Assembly: GCA_902617045.1 (NCBI GenBank)
Contig: CACMVA010000001.1
Span: forward strand, 274,902 to 338,901
Direction of reading: 5' to 3'
From: an uncultured SAR86 cluster bacterium
Lineage (GTDB): Bacteria > Pseudomonadota > Gammaproteobacteria > Magnimaribacterales > D2472
DNA: 64,000 nucleotides
Every line of letters starts with the position of its first letter. Position 1 is the stretch's first letter. Below, one piece after another: positions 23,648 to 32,955 of the stretch. The translations under genes and the position numbers were made by a program. The notes under the pieces are model-generated. The model saw only the letters and a program-made list of their open reading frames with translations, was not told the DNA's origin and searched no databases.

Positions 23648-23668
23648 AGCACAAAAAAGTGCTTTTTT
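23648..23668 (+). terminator. Weak intrinsic terminator candidate after aroE-yheV
   Basis: AGCAC-aaaaaa-GTGCT hairpin (5-bp stem) followed by a T6 run. Confidence 0.35.
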
Positions 23669-23750
23669 ACTTGGTTGTATATATATAAATAGCTTATAAT
23701 ATACTATAACTAAATTTTATTATTATAAGACACACTTATTTGGGCGGATA

Positions 23751-24902
23751 ATGTTATTTAATCTTCTTAGCTTTACAAAGAGAAATACCTTTCTTATAGC
23801 TTTACTTTTGCTAGTTTCACCATTTATGCAAGCTGATTGGTTTGCATTAAATATGACTAGAGGTAGTACCGATATAAGTAACGAAGTTTTTGAGCTACAC
23901 ATGTTAATTTTTTGGATATGTGTTGCAATTGGAGTCATAGTTTTCAGCGTTATGTTCTACTCGATGTGGGCTCATACAAAGAAAAAAAATCCAGTACCCG
24001 CTAAGTTTCATGAAAATCATAAGCTTGAAATAGCTTGGACCATTATTCCATTTTTGATCCTGATAGCTATGGCTGTTCCAGCATCAAAAACACTTGTAAA
24101 AATTTATGATGATGAGGCGGGCGATATTAATATTCAAGTAACTGGATATCAGTGGAAATGGCAATACAGATATCTTGAGGACGATGTAAGCTTCTTTTCG
24201 AACCTATCAACCGATTTGGATGAGATATATAACCTAGTTCCTAAGGGAGAGAATTACTTACAAGAAGTTGATGAGATGGTTGTAATTCCTGCTGGCAAGA
24301 AAGTAAGATTTTTAATAACAGCCAATGATGTAATTCATTCATGGTGGTTGCCTGCGTTTGCAATTAAACAAGATGCAATACCTGGATTTGTAAACACAGC
24401 TTGGACTATTGTCGACGAACCTGGAATCTACAGAGGCAAGTGCACCGAGTTGTGTGGAAAAAATCATGGCTTCATGCCAATAGTTGTAAAAGTTGTTGAA
24501 CAAGCTGAATATGACGAATGGGTTTTTGCTAAAAAACAAGAAGCAATCAAATTAGCTGAGTTAACAACAAAAGAGTGGACGGCTGCTGAGTTGGTTGAAA
24601 GAGGTGAAAGCATTTATGAAGTAAATTGTGTTGCTTGTCATCAAACGTCTGGTCAAGGCATATCTGGAATATTTCCGGCGCTTGCAGGAAGTGACATCGT
24701 TATGAATAACAAAGATAGAAATATTGAAATTCTCATGGAAGGTGTTCAAGGAGCAGCCATGAATTCATTTAGCTATCTTTCAGAGGTTGAACTTGCGGCA
24801 GTAATTACGTACACAAGACAATCATGGGGTAACGCTGAGAAGGGAGATGGAGAAATCGTAATACCCAAAGATATCGTGGATTATAAGGAACCAAAGATTT
24901 AA
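23751..24902 (+). CDS. coxB: Cytochrome c oxidase subunit II with C-terminal cytochrome c domain
   Basis: 383-aa ORF with CuA site HSWW...CTELCGKNHGFM and a C-terminal CVACH heme-c motif. Confidence 0.9.
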   Translation: MLFNLLSFTKRNTFLIALLLLVSPFMQADWFALNMTRGSTDISNEVFELHMLIFWICVAIGVIVFSVMFYSMWAHTKKKNPVPAKFHENHKLEIAWTIIPFLILIAMAVPASKTLVKIYDDEAGDINIQVTGYQWKWQYRYLEDDVSFFSNLSTDLDEIYNLVPKGENYLQEVDEMVVIPAGKKVRFLITANDVIHSWWLPAFAIKQDAIPGFVNTAWTIVDEPGIYRGKCTELCGKNHGFMPIVVKVVEQAEYDEWVFAKKQEAIKLAELTTKEWTAAELVERGESIYEVNCVACHQTSGQGISGIFPALAGSDIVMNNKDRNIEILMEGVQGAAMNSFSYLSEVELAAVITYTRQSWGNAEKGDGEIVIPKDIVDYKEPKI

Positions 24903-24916
24903 TATAGGAAAATATT

Positions 24917-26500
24917 ATGAGTGCAGTAATAGAGAATCACCATGACGATCACGATCATGGCCCAGCAAAAGGAATCACTAGATGGTTATACACAACTAAT
25001 CATAAAGATATAGGAACACTATATTTATGGTTTAGTTTTGCAATGTTCCTTATAGGCGGAGCAATGGCGATGATAATTAGAGCTGAGCTTTTCCAGCCTG
25101 GTATGCAAATAGTTGAGCCTGAATTTTATAACCAAATGATAACGCTTCATGGTTTGATCATGATATTTGGTGGTGTTATGCCGGCGTTTGTTGGACTCGC
25201 TAATTGGTTGGTTCCAATGATGATTGGGGCACCAGACATGGCATTACCGAGAATGAACAATTTGAGTTTCTGGATATTGCCTTTTGCTTTCTTTATTCTT
25301 TTATCATCCCTTTTCATGGAGGGCGGAGCTCCTAACTTTGGATGGACATTTTATGCACCACTTTCAACAACATATGCACCGCCAAGCGTAACGTTTTTTA
25401 TATTTTCTGTTCACATAATGGGAGCTTCTTCAATTATGGGTGCAATTAATGTGGTTGTAACAATCATGAATATGAGAGCACCAGGTGTAACCTTAATGAA
25501 AATGCCATTATTTGTATGGTCATGGCTAATAACTGCATATTTGTTAATAGCTGTAATGCCTGTTTTGGCCGGAGCAGTAACAATGATGTTAATGGACATC
25601 CACTTTGGAACAAGTTTCTTTAATGCAGCTGGTGGCGGAGACCCTGTTCTCTTTCAACATATTTTTTGGTTCTTTGGCCATCCTGAGGTTTACATAATGA
25701 TTTTGCCAGCCTTTGGTATCGTTTCACACATTATCGAGACTTTTTCAAGGAAACAACTATTTGGTTATTCTTCAATGGTTTGGGCTATGCTTTCAATTGC
25801 AATTCTTTCTTTTGTAGTATGGGCTCACCATATGTTTACAGTTGGCTTGCCATTAGCAGCTGAAATATTTTTTATGTGGGCAACTATGTTGATAGCCGTG
25901 CCTACTGGTGTAAAAGTATTTAATTGGGTAGCGACTATGTTTAGAGGATCTCTAACATTTGAAACGCCTATGCTTTTTGCAGTTGCATTTGTTGTTTTAT
26001 TTACTATCGGAGGATTGTCAGGATTGATGCTCGCTATTGTTCCTGCTGATTTCCAATATCATGATACATATTTTGTTGTTGCTCATTTTCATTACGTTTT
26101 GGTTCCTGGAGCAATATTCTCTATCATGGCCGCTGTTTATTATTGGATTCCAAAATGGTCTGGAAATATGTATGACGAAAGACTCGGCAAACTTCATTTT
26201 TGGCTTTCATTTATAGGCGTAAACGTTACATTCTTTCCACAACATTTTATTGGTTTGGCTGGAATGCCAAGAAGATACCCTGATTATGCTCTAATATTTG
26301 CTGACTGGAACATGGTTTCTAGTATTGGAGCTTTTCTATTTGGGTTCTCTCAATTACTGTTTTTATTTATTGTTATCAAGACTGTGATGGGTGGCAAAAA
26401 GGCAACAGATCAAGTTTGGGAAGGCGCCAAAGGGCTTGAGTGGACAGTTGCTTCACCAGCTCCGTACCATACATTTTCAACACCACCAAAGGTTGATTAA
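24917..26500 (+). CDS. coxA: Cytochrome c oxidase subunit I (aa3 type)
   Basis: 527-aa 12-TM ORF with WFFGHPEVYI and the conserved His ligands. Confidence 0.95.
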   Translation: MSAVIENHHDDHDHGPAKGITRWLYTTNHKDIGTLYLWFSFAMFLIGGAMAMIIRAELFQPGMQIVEPEFYNQMITLHGLIMIFGGVMPAFVGLANWLVPMMIGAPDMALPRMNNLSFWILPFAFFILLSSLFMEGGAPNFGWTFYAPLSTTYAPPSVTFFIFSVHIMGASSIMGAINVVVTIMNMRAPGVTLMKMPLFVWSWLITAYLLIAVMPVLAGAVTMMLMDIHFGTSFFNAAGGGDPVLFQHIFWFFGHPEVYIMILPAFGIVSHIIETFSRKQLFGYSSMVWAMLSIAILSFVVWAHHMFTVGLPLAAEIFFMWATMLIAVPTGVKVFNWVATMFRGSLTFETPMLFAVAFVVLFTIGGLSGLMLAIVPADFQYHDTYFVVAHFHYVLVPGAIFSIMAAVYYWIPKWSGNMYDERLGKLHFWLSFIGVNVTFFPQHFIGLAGMPRRYPDYALIFADWNMVSSIGAFLFGFSQLLFLFIVIKTVMGGKKATDQVWEGAKGLEWTVASPAPYHTFSTPPKVD

Positions 26501-27057
26501 TGAAGAAAGAAGCTAAGAAAACATTAATTAAACTAGTTGTGGCTGTTCCTTTGATGTTTGCTTTTGGCTTCGCACTTGTTCCTCTTTATGATGTTTTCTG
26601 TGAGGTTACAGGGATCAATGGAAAGGTTTTTCAATCCGAATATTCTGAAGAGCTAGTTACTGATGATGGTAGAACTATAGCAATTCAATTTATATCTACA
26701 AATAATGAGAATATGCCGTGGACATTTAAACCATCCGAACAAGTTATGAAGATTGAAACGGGCAAGTACCATGGCGTGACTTTTTACGTTAAAAATACAA
26801 CTGATAAAAAAATGACTGCTCAGGCAGTTCCAAGTGTTGCTCCATCAAATGCAGCTGCACATCTAAAAAAACTAGAATGTTTTTGCTTTGAGCAGCAAGA
26901 ACTTATGCCAGGTGAAGAAGCATTGCTTCCAGTCAAACTATTGGTTTCAAATGAACTACCTTCAAATATTAAAAACATAATTTTATCTTATACAATTTTT
27001 GATATAACTGATTATGATGATGAGGTTTTAGCTCATAATCAAATGGCGATGGAGTAA
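26500..27057 (+). CDS. ctaG: Cytochrome c oxidase assembly protein CtaG/Cox11
   Basis: 185-aa ORF with an N-terminal TM and the copper-binding CFCF motif. Confidence 0.85.
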   Translation: MKKEAKKTLIKLVVAVPLMFAFGFALVPLYDVFCEVTGINGKVFQSEYSEELVTDDGRTIAIQFISTNNENMPWTFKPSEQVMKIETGKYHGVTFYVKNTTDKKMTAQAVPSVAPSNAAAHLKKLECFCFEQQELMPGEEALLPVKLLVSNELPSNIKNIILSYTIFDITDYDDEVLAHNQMAME

Positions 27058-27064
27058 AGCAGAT

Positions 27065-27979
27065 ATGAGTGGGGGAAGTTATTATGTTCCAGATCAAAGC
27101 AGATTTCCAATTTTTATGGCGGTTTCTTTGTTTCTATTGGTTATGGGAGCTTCAAGTACGATAAATAACTTAGATGACCCAACCAGCAACTCTGTATATA
27201 TATTATATTCAGGATTTGCATGTTTATTTTTGACCATGTTTTTTTGGTTCAGACAAGTAATAAAAGAACATCTTGCTGGATTAGATTCTAATCAATTAAA
27301 ACAATCTTATGTATACGGAATGGCATGGTTCATTTTTTCTGAAGTCATGTTTTTTGCTGCATTTTTTGGTGCTTTATTTTATGTTAGAACTCTAGCAGTT
27401 CCTTGGTTAGCTGGCGAAGGATCAAAAGGAGCAGCAATTACAGCCATTGAACTATGGCCAGCCTTTGAGTCTTCATGGCCGGTTATGACCACACCGGATC
27501 AAGGCAATGAGTATGATTTAGCTGACAAGAGCATGGCATGGCCAGGATGGAGTAAGGCTCTTTTATGGCTGCCTTTGTGGAACACAATTGTTCTTTTGAG
27601 TTCATCATGGACTGTTCACTTAGCCCACCTTGGTTTAAAAAAAGGAAATAGAAAAAAGTTTAATGTATATCTTGGAGTTACAGTTCTTTTGGCTTTAATT
27701 TTTGTTGGACTGCAGGCTCTTGAATATTATGAAGCTTACGCACATTATGGCCTTAAATTAAATTCTGGAATATATGGATCAACGTTTTTTATGCTTACTG
27801 GTTTTCATGGCTTCCATGTGATGATGGGCGGTTTTATGTTAGCTATTATGCTTGCAAGATCAGTTTTTGCAGGTCACTTTGAGCAACACGATCACTTTGG
27901 CTTTGAAGCTGCATCATGGTATTGGCATTTTGTAGATGTTGTCTGGCTAATGCTATTTATATTTGTTTATATTTTATAA
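27065..27979 (+). CDS. coxC: Cytochrome c oxidase subunit III
   Basis: 304-aa 7-TM ORF in the coxB-coxA-ctaG-coxC order. Confidence 0.9.
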   Translation: MSGGSYYVPDQSRFPIFMAVSLFLLVMGASSTINNLDDPTSNSVYILYSGFACLFLTMFFWFRQVIKEHLAGLDSNQLKQSYVYGMAWFIFSEVMFFAAFFGALFYVRTLAVPWLAGEGSKGAAITAIELWPAFESSWPVMTTPDQGNEYDLADKSMAWPGWSKALLWLPLWNTIVLLSSSWTVHLAHLGLKKGNRKKFNVYLGVTVLLALIFVGLQALEYYEAYAHYGLKLNSGIYGSTFFMLTGFHGFHVMMGGFMLAIMLARSVFAGHFEQHDHFGFEAASWYWHFVDVVWLMLFIFVYIL

Positions 27980-28198
27980 TTAGGAATCTTCCCAAGGAAC
28001 GCTGTTACCAAGTTCGCCAGTATATAAACCAATTGCAATTAAAATGATTAAAACTGTAGCAAAGAAAACTCTAAGACCAAGCAAGTAAACTGTTCTTTTT
28101 CTTCCTGTCTCGCCCTTATCTACAAGTAGAAAAAAAAGACCGCCAGCAAGTGAAAGAAGTAACAGAGGTATTACGATATAAATTAAGGTAGTAATCAT
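27980..28198 (-). CDS. Small two-TM membrane protein (DUF2909-like, cox-cluster associated)
   Basis: 72-aa ORF with two TM helices and the segment GLFFLLVDKG...RVFFA...GLYTGEL. This resembles the small protein conserved in proteobacterial cox clusters (from memory). It lies antisense to the surrounding operon. Confidence 0.5.
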   Translation of the reverse strand: MITTLIYIVIPLLLLSLAGGLFFLLVDKGETGRKRTVYLLGLRVFFATVLIILIAIGLYTGELGNSVPWEDS

Positions 28199-28232
28199 AA
28201 TAAAATTTTAATGCATATATACTTTTATAGAT

Positions 28233-28934
28233 ATGAAAAAAAATAAATTTAATCCAGGAGCAAGAATTACAATTTTTTTTGTTACGTTTGCAATTATTTT
28301 TTTTTCATTAGGATTGTGGCAAATCGAAAGAGGACAAGCAAAAACAGTATTGCTTGATGAATTCGATAAAAACTCAGTCATAGAACCCCAAGAGATCAAA
28401 CAGGATTCAAAAAAATGGGAAAGAGTATATGTGGAAGGAACTTGGTATGGAGCCAATCAAATATTAATTGATAATGTAATAAATGGAGGTATTGCTGGAT
28501 ATAAAGTGCTTACACCTTTCAGGCTAAACGAAACAGGTGATCTAATCCTGATAGATAGAGGATGGATAAAAAGAAATAGAAATATGTCAGACTTACCAAA
28601 TATAAGTATTAAGGATATTAAAGAAAGAGTAAGCGGGATATTAGAATCACCTGAACTTGGGCTTGTTCTCTCAGACGAGCTAGTATCTAGTGAATGGCCA
28701 AAAATATCGCAAACTAAGAATATTGATGTAATATCAAAAGAGTACAATGAATCAATATATCCATTAATTCTTTTAGCAGACCCAATAAGCAGATATAGCT
28801 TAGAATATATTAAAATTAATCCAACAAACATGACGCCAGTAAAACATTATGGTTATTCAGCTCAATGGTTTTTAATGTTTATAGTTTTATGCGGCATGTA
28901 TGTCTGGTACGGATACAAAAAAAATGAGAAGTAA
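28233..28934 (+). CDS. SURF1 family cytochrome oxidase biogenesis protein
   Basis: 233-aa ORF with N- and C-terminal TMs and the LGLWQIERGQAK motif typical of SURF1/Shy1. Confidence 0.8.
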   Translation: MKKNKFNPGARITIFFVTFAIIFFSLGLWQIERGQAKTVLLDEFDKNSVIEPQEIKQDSKKWERVYVEGTWYGANQILIDNVINGGIAGYKVLTPFRLNETGDLILIDRGWIKRNRNMSDLPNISIKDIKERVSGILESPELGLVLSDELVSSEWPKISQTKNIDVISKEYNESIYPLILLADPISRYSLEYIKINPTNMTPVKHYGYSAQWFLMFIVLCGMYVWYGYKKNEK

Positions 28935-29475
28935 AATTTTTCTTGCAGTTTTGTTGCTTACACCAATACTGGTTGTTACTTTCTCGACCTTATATTTTTT
29001 ATCAGGCATGTCTCCAGAAGGCACTAAAAACAATGGCGTATTTTTTAAAAGCTATTTTGATTTAAATGACTTTAAAAATATAGAAGGTAAACAAGACCTT
29101 ATTAAGTTTGAAGATGGTAAATGGATATTATCTGTATATGTTACAAATATAGATAGCAGCGAGGAATCCATATACCTTGCAAGACAACTAAATGTCGCAC
29201 TTAATAGAGATATCAATAAGCTTAAAAGAGTAATTTTTTATTCAAATAAATTACTTGAACCCAATCTTAAAGATATTAAATTACAATATCCACGAGTTGA
29301 AATTATCGAGGATAAAAACGGGGTATTGTTAAACGTTTTACAAAGAAATTCATCGCTTGATTTTAATATTGAAAATCCAATATTTGTAATCGATCCATAT
29401 GGAAGGGCAGTTATGTATTTTTTACCAGATACTGACCCAAAATTAATTTTAAAAGACTTGAAGGTGTTAATTTAA
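28924..29475 (+). CDS. Conserved hypothetical membrane-anchored protein, cysteine-less SCO1/thioredoxin-like
   Basis: ORF track gives 28900..29475; a start at M9 (28924) is more likely. It has one N-terminal TM and local similarity to the SCO1 encoded at 31312 (GKWILSVYV vs GKWTLMYFG; IFVIDPYGRAV vs IILLNPNGEFA). Confidence 0.5.
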   Translation: MRSKIFLAVLLLTPILVVTFSTLYFLSGMSPEGTKNNGVFFKSYFDLNDFKNIEGKQDLIKFEDGKWILSVYVTNIDSSEESIYLARQLNVALNRDINKLKRVIFYSNKLLEPNLKDIKLQYPRVEIIEDKNGVLLNVLQRNSSLDFNIENPIFVIDPYGRAVMYFLPDTDPKLILKDLKVLI

Positions 29476-30449
29476 TGAATCAAATTAAAAATTTGTCTCT
29501 TTTTGGTATTTGCTTTGCATTTGTAGTTATTGCATTGGGGGCATGGACGCGTCTTGTAGATGCTGGTCTTGGATGTCCAGATTGGCCAGGATGCTATGGT
29601 TTTGTTGTTTTTCCTATTAACGAGGCAGACATTGCTATAGCAGAAAGTAGATATCCGTTATTTCCATATGATATTAATAAAGCAATTCCTGAGGTTGTGC
29701 ATAGATATTTTGCAGCAGGACTTGGTCTTATAGCAATCTTTCTCGTTTATCTGTCTTTTAGAAAGACAAATGATAGATCAATACAAGGTTGGTCGTCATT
29801 TTTATTATTTTTTATATGTTGCCAAGGCATTTTTGGATATTTAACAGTAAGCTTAAAACTTTTACCCATAATAGTTACATTGCATTTATTTGGAGGATTC
29901 ACCACGTTAACTCTGTTTTATTTTATTTATTTAAAATCTCGAAATTTTGAAATATTTAACCAGATAAATATTTCAAATTTAAAAACTATTGCTGGCGTAG
30001 CATTTTTAGCTTTAATATTTCAGATATTTCTTGGAGTTTGGACTAGTACTAATTACGCCTCTCTAGCATGTGCAGATTTTCCAACATGCCAAGGAACTTA
30101 TTTGCCAGAGATGGACTTTAAGAGTGGATTTAATTTAAACCAAGAAGTTGGCCCAAACTATTTGTATGGATTATTAGACAATCCTGCGCGAGTAGCCATA
30201 CATTATTCTCACAGAGTTTCAGCAATATTAGTTACGTTTATATTTCTTATACTTATGTCTAGACTATGGTTTTCCGAAGCAGCTCCGCTTGCCTCAACTC
30301 TCGGAATTCTTCTTCTAACTCAAATAGCACTAGGAATTACTAATGTTGTATATGTTTTACCTCTATACGTGGCGATTGCTCATAATTTATTTGCAGCCTG
30401 TCTGCTTTTAGCAACATTTACTGTAAATTACTTAGCCTGGAAGAAATGA
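29475..30449 (+). CDS. ctaA: Heme A synthase (COX15/CtaA)
   Basis: 324-aa polytopic ORF with conserved His residues and a CPDWPGC segment. Sits next to the heme O synthase gene. Confidence 0.85.
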   Translation: MNQIKNLSLFGICFAFVVIALGAWTRLVDAGLGCPDWPGCYGFVVFPINEADIAIAESRYPLFPYDINKAIPEVVHRYFAAGLGLIAIFLVYLSFRKTNDRSIQGWSSFLLFFICCQGIFGYLTVSLKLLPIIVTLHLFGGFTTLTLFYFIYLKSRNFEIFNQINISNLKTIAGVAFLALIFQIFLGVWTSTNYASLACADFPTCQGTYLPEMDFKSGFNLNQEVGPNYLYGLLDNPARVAIHYSHRVSAILVTFIFLILMSRLWFSEAAPLASTLGILLLTQIALGITNVVYVLPLYVAIAHNLFAACLLLATFTVNYLAWKK

Positions 30450-31312
30450 CCCTTCTTAAAAGCTATTATCAACTTTGTAAACCAAATGTAGTTTACATGA
30501 TGTTGATATGCGCTTTTGTAGGAATGTTGTTAGCAGAAAAATCTGTAAGTTCTTTCAGTTATCTGATCGTGTCTTTAGTTGGTATTGCATTTTGTGCAGC
30601 TTCTGCAGCTGCAATTAATCAGGTAATTGATCGTGAGTCTGATGCCTCTATGACAAGAACCGATCAAAGACCATTGCCTCAGGGTGATCTGTCACCAATG
30701 CATGCATCAATGTTTGCTTTGTTTATAGGAGGCTTGGGCGCAACAATTTTATATGTATATGTAAATACATTAACAATGGTTCTAACAATTGCATCTCTAA
30801 TAGGCTATGCTTTTATTTATACCGTTTATTTGAAGAGAGCAACCCCACAAAATATTGTGATTGGAGGTCTTGCTGGTGCAGCTCCACCATTATTGGGCTG
30901 GTCATCTGTAACAAATACAATAGATCCTTACGCCTTATTGTTAGTTCTAATAATATTTGTATGGACTCCTCCGCATTTTTGGGCGCTTGCAATTTATAGA
31001 AAGGATGAATACGCCAAGGAATCAATTCCAATGTTGCCTGTCACACATGGAGTAATATTTACTAAACTTCAAATAGTTTTATATACGATTATTTTGTTCA
31101 TAGTCTCATTGTTGCCATATGTGGTTCTGATGTCTGGAATAATTTATTTAGTTTCTGCTCTAATATTAAGTTCAGTCTTTTTATATTACTCAATAAATCT
31201 TTATTACAGTGACGATGATGAAGATGCAATGAGCACTTTTCAATTTTCAATTTATTACATTTTTTTAATTTTTTTAGCTTTATTGGTAGATCATTTTATA
31301 ATTGTGGCCTAA
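30446..31312 (+). CDS. cyoE: Protoheme IX farnesyltransferase (heme O synthase)
   Basis: 288-aa UbiA-family ORF with DRESDASMTRTDQRPLP. Confidence 0.9.
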   Translation: MTLLKSYYQLCKPNVVYMMLICAFVGMLLAEKSVSSFSYLIVSLVGIAFCAASAAAINQVIDRESDASMTRTDQRPLPQGDLSPMHASMFALFIGGLGATILYVYVNTLTMVLTIASLIGYAFIYTVYLKRATPQNIVIGGLAGAAPPLLGWSSVTNTIDPYALLLVLIIFVWTPPHFWALAIYRKDEYAKESIPMLPVTHGVIFTKLQIVLYTIILFIVSLLPYVVLMSGIIYLVSALILSSVFLYYSINLYYSDDDEDAMSTFQFSIYYIFLIFLALLVDHFIIVA

Positions 31313-31944
31313 TGACGATTAAGAAAAATATACTAATTATTCTTGTTTTTATACTCACGGTTCTAGCCCTTTTCATCAACAAGTTAACATCGCCAAGAGT
31401 TTTGAGTGAAAATGAACTTTTAATCAATGGTCTTTTTCTTTTTGAAACTCCAAAGCAAATATCAGATTTTACTTTTTTGTCAGAAGATAATATTGAATTT
31501 AAAAAAGATGACTTAATTGGAAAATGGACTTTAATGTATTTTGGATTTACAAGATGTCCTGACGAGTGCCCAACCTCAATGTATCAAATGTCAAAACTTG
31601 TCAAAGTTTTAAGAGAAAAAAACTTTCCATTAGAAGACAAACAATTTGTTCTGGTTTCCATTGATCCTGAAAGAGATACACCAGAACAAATTAATAAGTA
31701 TGCAAAGGGCTTTGATGAAGCATTTATTGGCGTATCAAATGTCAGGCCGATGTTGATAAATCTTGCAACACAGCTATCTGTGAATAATGTAATGCCAAGT
31801 GGAGGAGAGACTGATCATTCTCACTTGGACAATCATGTAAATAATATAATACTGCTAAATCCAAATGGGGAATTTGCAGGAGTATTTAGACCTCCATTCG
31901 ACTTATCAAGACTATCTTTGACTTATCAATCGGTAACTCAGTAA
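31312..31944 (+). CDS. SCO1/SenC copper chaperone
   Basis: 210-aa ORF with an N-terminal TM, the CPDEC (CxxxC) copper site and a downstream His. Confidence 0.85.
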   Translation: MTIKKNILIILVFILTVLALFINKLTSPRVLSENELLINGLFLFETPKQISDFTFLSEDNIEFKKDDLIGKWTLMYFGFTRCPDECPTSMYQMSKLVKVLREKNFPLEDKQFVLVSIDPERDTPEQINKYAKGFDEAFIGVSNVRPMLINLATQLSVNNVMPSGGETDHSHLDNHVNNIILLNPNGEFAGVFRPPFDLSRLSLTYQSVTQ

Positions 31945-31947
31945 TCT

Positions 31948-32946
31948 TTATATTTTAATAATTACTTTGCCTTTAGCCTTTCTGTCTTTAAGATGAGCAA
32001 TTGCTTGTGCACCATCATCTAAACTAAATGAATCAGAGACTTCTGGATTAATTTTTCCATCCGAGTGAAGTTTAAACAGCTCTTCAAAATTCTTTTTATT
32101 TTCTTCAGGAAACATTCCAACCCATGCTCCCCAGAAAACTCCAACAATTTTCATACCCTTTAGTAGAGCAAGATTAATTGGAATTTTTGGAATCTCACCT
32201 GCTGCAAATCCAATTACTAAATATCTGCCATCCCATGCAGTAGCTCTGATACAAGGCTCTGAATATGAATCACCAATAGGATCATAAACAACGTTAGCAC
32301 CAATGCCTCCTGTTAATTCTTTTATTTTAGATGAGAGTTCCTTTTGCTGATCTCTATCAAGCTTTCCTGATGGATAAATAAAAGCTTCATCAGCGCCATG
32401 TTTTTTACAAAGATTAATTTTTTCTTCAGTTGATGCTGCAGCTATGACTTTAGCTCCCATAGCTTTTCCAAGCTCTACAGTAGCAAGACCAACACCTCCT
32501 GCCGCTCCAAGAACTAATAAAGTTTCTCCCTCTTTCAAATCCGCCCTTTGTTTGAGAGCATATAGGGATGTGCCATACGTCATTGGTAAAGCAGCAGCAG
32601 TTTCGAAGCTCATAGAGTCTGGTATTTTCACAGCAGCTGTTTCTGGAACCACAATCTTTTCAGCAAAAGCCCCCAAACCAGTCATTGCAAATACTCTGTC
32701 ACCCACTTTTAAAGTTTTTACATCTTCAGCGACTGCTTCAACTATACCTGATGATTCACCTCCGGGAGTAAAAGGTAGTTCTGGTTGAAATTGATAAAGC
32801 CCTTGTATCATCAAAACATCAGGAAAGTTAACACTACCAGCTTTATTATTAATTAGCACATGTCCAGGTAGAATTTCAGGATCAGGCACCTCATTAATTT
32901 GTAATTTATCTGGCATGCCCAGCTCGACACATTGTAAAGCTTTCAT
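31948..32946 (-). CDS. NADPH:quinone oxidoreductase (zeta-crystallin-like MDR family)
   Basis: 332-aa ORF with the MDR fold and cofactor motif GAAGGVG. Confidence 0.8.
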   Translation of the reverse strand: MKALQCVELGMPDKLQINEVPDPEILPGHVLINNKAGSVNFPDVLMIQGLYQFQPELPFTPGGESSGIVEAVAEDVKTLKVGDRVFAMTGLGAFAEKIVVPETAAVKIPDSMSFETAAALPMTYGTSLYALKQRADLKEGETLLVLGAAGGVGLATVELGKAMGAKVIAAASTEEKINLCKKHGADEAFIYPSGKLDRDQQKELSSKIKELTGGIGANVVYDPIGDSYSEPCIRATAWDGRYLVIGFAAGEIPKIPINLALLKGMKIVGVFWGAWVGMFPEENKKNFEELFKLHSDGKINPEVSDSFSLDDGAQAIAHLKDRKAKGKVIIKI

Positions 32947-32955
32947 AATTTCCCC

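Noticed and set aside
28208-28831. 82-aa and 124-aa minus-strand ORFs antisense to SURF1
   Set aside because: The SURF1 call is supported by the family motif and cluster context. The antisense ORFs have no features and would overlap each other's context implausibly.
32444-32788. 114-aa Ala/Pro/Ser-rich plus-strand ORF inside the quinone oxidoreductase gene
   Set aside because: It is the antisense of a Gly/Ala-rich Rossmann region. Its composition is explained by the complement of the real gene.
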